Origin: Paraphysomonas bandaiensis
Lineage: Eukaryota > Protista > Chrysophyceae
DNA length: 64,000 nt
Reading direction: 5' to 3'
Assembly: GCA_965644295.1 (NCBI GenBank)
Contig: CBFFRP010000181.1
Location: 195,214-259,213 of the forward strand
A program made the position numbers and the translations under genes. Below, in pieces: positions 61,122-64,000 of the stretch. Position 1 is the first letter of the stretch. Each line of letters starts with the position of its first letter. The notes under the pieces were generated by a model. That model did no database searches and was not told where the DNA came from. It worked only from the letters and a program-made list of their open reading frames with translations.

Positions 61122-64000
61122 TGAATGTCTGATTATTTAGCAATAGGCGTTGAAAGCCTGCACCAATTAGTGGCTAGAAGAATGCTAGTCATACTAGTTA
61201 GACTACTACCCGTAACTAATCAATACAAACTCTTTTATCCTACTATTTAACGCTACAGAAGCTGCTTGTGCGTCGCCGCAAGCACCAAGGTGCAACCACT
61301 TCCGTTCTTAGTGTGTGTTATGAGGCTCGCCATGATCGTGTGTCCTGGGACTCACCGGCGCGTGTGATCTGGAGGTCTCCTCTTGGGATGAGACTCCACT
61401 CGCTATATGATAGATAGCCTTATGTACCTCACGGGGACTGACTTATTAGCCTTATGGCAGTTAGGGGAAACAGTAATATGCCCTTCTGAGATTGGCGATC
61501 TGGTGGCCTTCCTTTAGGCATTGTTCCAAGTGGCTCGGAGGTATGTGGATGAAGGTCTTGCAAAAGGTTATGGCCTACTGTGAAGAAGCGTCGAAATCGG
61601 CTCTTTTGCTGTCTTAGCCAGCGGTAGAGAACACATGCAAGAGGGTGTATAGCTGTACAGGGGTGGGATGTGAGGGTCATCCGGTGTGTCCAGCTACAGG
61701 GAGTCGAGAGGGAGTGTGATGGTGCAAGAGAGGCAACATCTGATTGAGGAGAGTGAGACTGCGCAACAGAACAAGAGTCACTGAGGTCGAGTACTCTGAT
61801 AGACCTATGCACGAGATGATCGTGATGATGATGATGGTCTGGAGGAGACACTCGGACGTCCTCAGCTGCCCTTGTTAGTGTCTGTGTTGGTGCAGGGGGG
61901 TACAGGCTGAGGCATAGAGAGTGTGTGTAAGGAAGATGACGGCAAGGTATCAGAGACGAAGGGAGAGGCGATAGTTTGTCTGGGGGTTTTCTAGGAGGAG
62001 GCAGAGTGTACTGTGTGTGTGTATGACAGTGCAGCGGTGCTATGAGTGTGTTGGACAGAGAGAGAGAGCTGGTGATGTGTCCAACAGTACAGGTAGACAG
62101 GTACATGGACATGGTGATGTGTCCAACAGTACAGGTATACAGGTACATGGACATGGTGATGTGTCCAACAGCAGTAGAGGTATACACGGAATGGTATACA
62201 TCCTGTAGGACACAGTAGTACAGTAGTCGAGTATACCGTATGCGGAATACAGTGTCTATCCAATGAGATGGATGGGCTGTGGGGGTGATAGGTGAACAGG
62301 GTGAGGGGGTAGCCTGCTGGGTGGATGGACCACAGACAAACCATGTTGGGTTGGGCACGGTTTGAGCCATGACATGTGCAGCACAACTTCAAAACGCATC
62401 ACAACATGAATGCATGTGACATCAGCCTTGTACGTCAGGACTCCACTTCGTAAGGACCTTTGAAACGAGGATACAATGTATTGGGTCTTATGCTGAGTTG
62501 GATCCAGCCGCAACAAAACTAAATCACCAGGCTGATATTCATTCAAAGTATGTGTAGGCGTGGCTAGACTTGCGCTTGTATTGAATTTTGCGCTGAACAT
62601 CCATGGCAACCGCTCGAATCTTCTGTAAGTTCTCATTCAAAATAGACACATAACCCGCAGCAGAAGATTCATCCATAGTCAGTTAACGCAAACGAAAATA
62701 TGGAATATCACCGGTACCAAACACATATTGAAAAGGAGAGAGTCCAGTCTCACTACTGACTTCATCATTCAAAATGAACTGAATCAACATGTAACACTCA
62801 ATATCCCCCCATGAATCTTGCAACCTCTCATCGTGGACTAAACCCTGTAGAAATCGCAACAGCTCTCGATGAGATCGCTCGACCATGTTGGACTCATGTC
62901 GATTAGTTAATCGAACTTCAAACCACTTCAATAGAAACTCCTCATAGAACTCAGCACTCACGAAGACCAATAATAGCAGTAGATTCAAAAACTAATACCA
63001 TCCACACAATAGCAAGATAAGCCCTCGGATAACGCCTTAACATCAATCTCTGTAGTTCAAGTCAGGAAAAACTTAACATGACAAATTGCATCCTCGCTTC
63101 AACCACAGAATTCACTTGTAGTTAAATAGAATACCACAGTGAAATTAAAAGATACTGAATTCTCAAATGCTCATAAGATTTTGGATTAACCTTTGCCTTA
63201 TATATCCAGTATATAACCAAATGAGAATTACGTAGAGCCACTAATGGTCATGTAAATAGATTCCGCACTCAATGACATTAACCACAAGTATTTGATCATC
63301 ATAACCTTCACGCAATTCAATTGCAGGAAATACGCTTCAACTCAAACACTTGTTCATTTCACCCGCCATTAGACACAATTGAATATCCGTGAATACAAGT
63401 CCGAAGTAAATCAGAGAGACACTAACCTTAGGACTGAATAACATTCCACCAAATACTCGTAACAGCCAAGTTGAGCAAGTCTTAGCATAAACCTTGTTGT
63501 AACCAGACATACTACAACAACGTTGTAAAACTCTTATTTCATTCATCATAAACAATAGAAGCGAGTTCACAAAAGGAACTTAATCACTCCACTATTCTGA
63601 ATTTTAATCCATAATATTAACAACCTTAACTGCACAAACTTCACATCGACTCAATTCATCATCCGGAACTTAATATAGACTCATCAACTCTCGTAAACTC
63701 AATTCAAAGATTTGATTCTTGCAACATTCTAACACAAAATCATATTCGTAAGTTGAAAATCAACTCAAAGCACTCTCCAAACATTACAAGAAAATTCACT
63801 CCAACAACTCCTCAACTTGATTTCAACACTTGAACTCATCATCAACATTACTGACACCGTTGTAACTTTGAATGTAGAACTTTGCATCAAAATTAAGAAT
63901 TACCCACCAAAGAAACACCAAGAATAATACTTTCCATATTATTCACAATCACACTTCTTTAATTCCATAATATACAACCTCGAATCTCGAATTTTAAACA
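61122..64000 (-). mobile_element. Degenerate Ty3/Gypsy retrotransposon (integrase remnants plus probable 3' LTR), continues past the window
   Basis: HESNMVERSHRELLRFL..QFILNDEVSSETGLSPFQYVFG, YQPGDLVLL, VLHMSWLKP; integrase is the last domain (Gypsy order); many stops and frameshifts. Confidence 0.75.
62070..62171. repeat. 42-bp tandem repeat (about 2.4 copies) in the Gypsy 3' region
   Basis: tggtgatgtgtccaacag at 62070, 62112 and 62154. Confidence 0.9.

Noticed and set aside
59181-62171. CRISPR-like arrays at 59181 and 62070
   Set aside because: No unique spacers, 2-3 units only, eukaryotic context and no cas genes.
61429-62370. 313-aa ORF as an env-like or extra Gypsy gene
   Set aside because: Low-complexity, includes the 42-bp tandem repeat, no clear TM or motif; likely incidental.

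Overview
Eukaryotic genomic DNA, not prokaryotic: compact and AT-rich, with short (about 45-75 nt) GT-AG introns. The gene content and style suggest a flagellated protist, plausibly a stramenopile such as a chrysophyte (inference only). About 21 host genes are present: prephenate dehydratase (partial), BMT5/DUF2431 methyltransferase, RPT5, a degenerate adenylate kinase, a calmodulin-like protein, NME7, MRE11, an Sfi1-like protein, NSE2, an FHA coiled-coil protein, SPATA17-like, PRP4, cyclophilin, condensin CAP-G, GH5, NOP2, GT8 and several hypotheticals. Sixteen of them form eight head-to-head pairs around TA/CA-rich spacers, mostly 0.5-0.7 kb. Mobile DNA includes a very young Ty1/Copia element (identical 265-bp LTRs, AAATT target-site duplication [TSD], non-canonical TA..TT ends, an extra domain after integrase) and an old solo LTR of the same family. 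There are also two independent solo-LTR-like insertions of a second family, a decayed Ty3/Gypsy element with a related LTR elsewhere, and a MITE-like element. The most unusual items are a type-I membrane protein with a long poly-(Tyr/Asp) ectodomain and RXL motifs (candidate biomineralisation or cell-covering protein) and a 0.8-kb (CATA)n/(TATG)n palindrome in a bidirectional promoter. All calls come from manual reading; exon boundaries are approximate.
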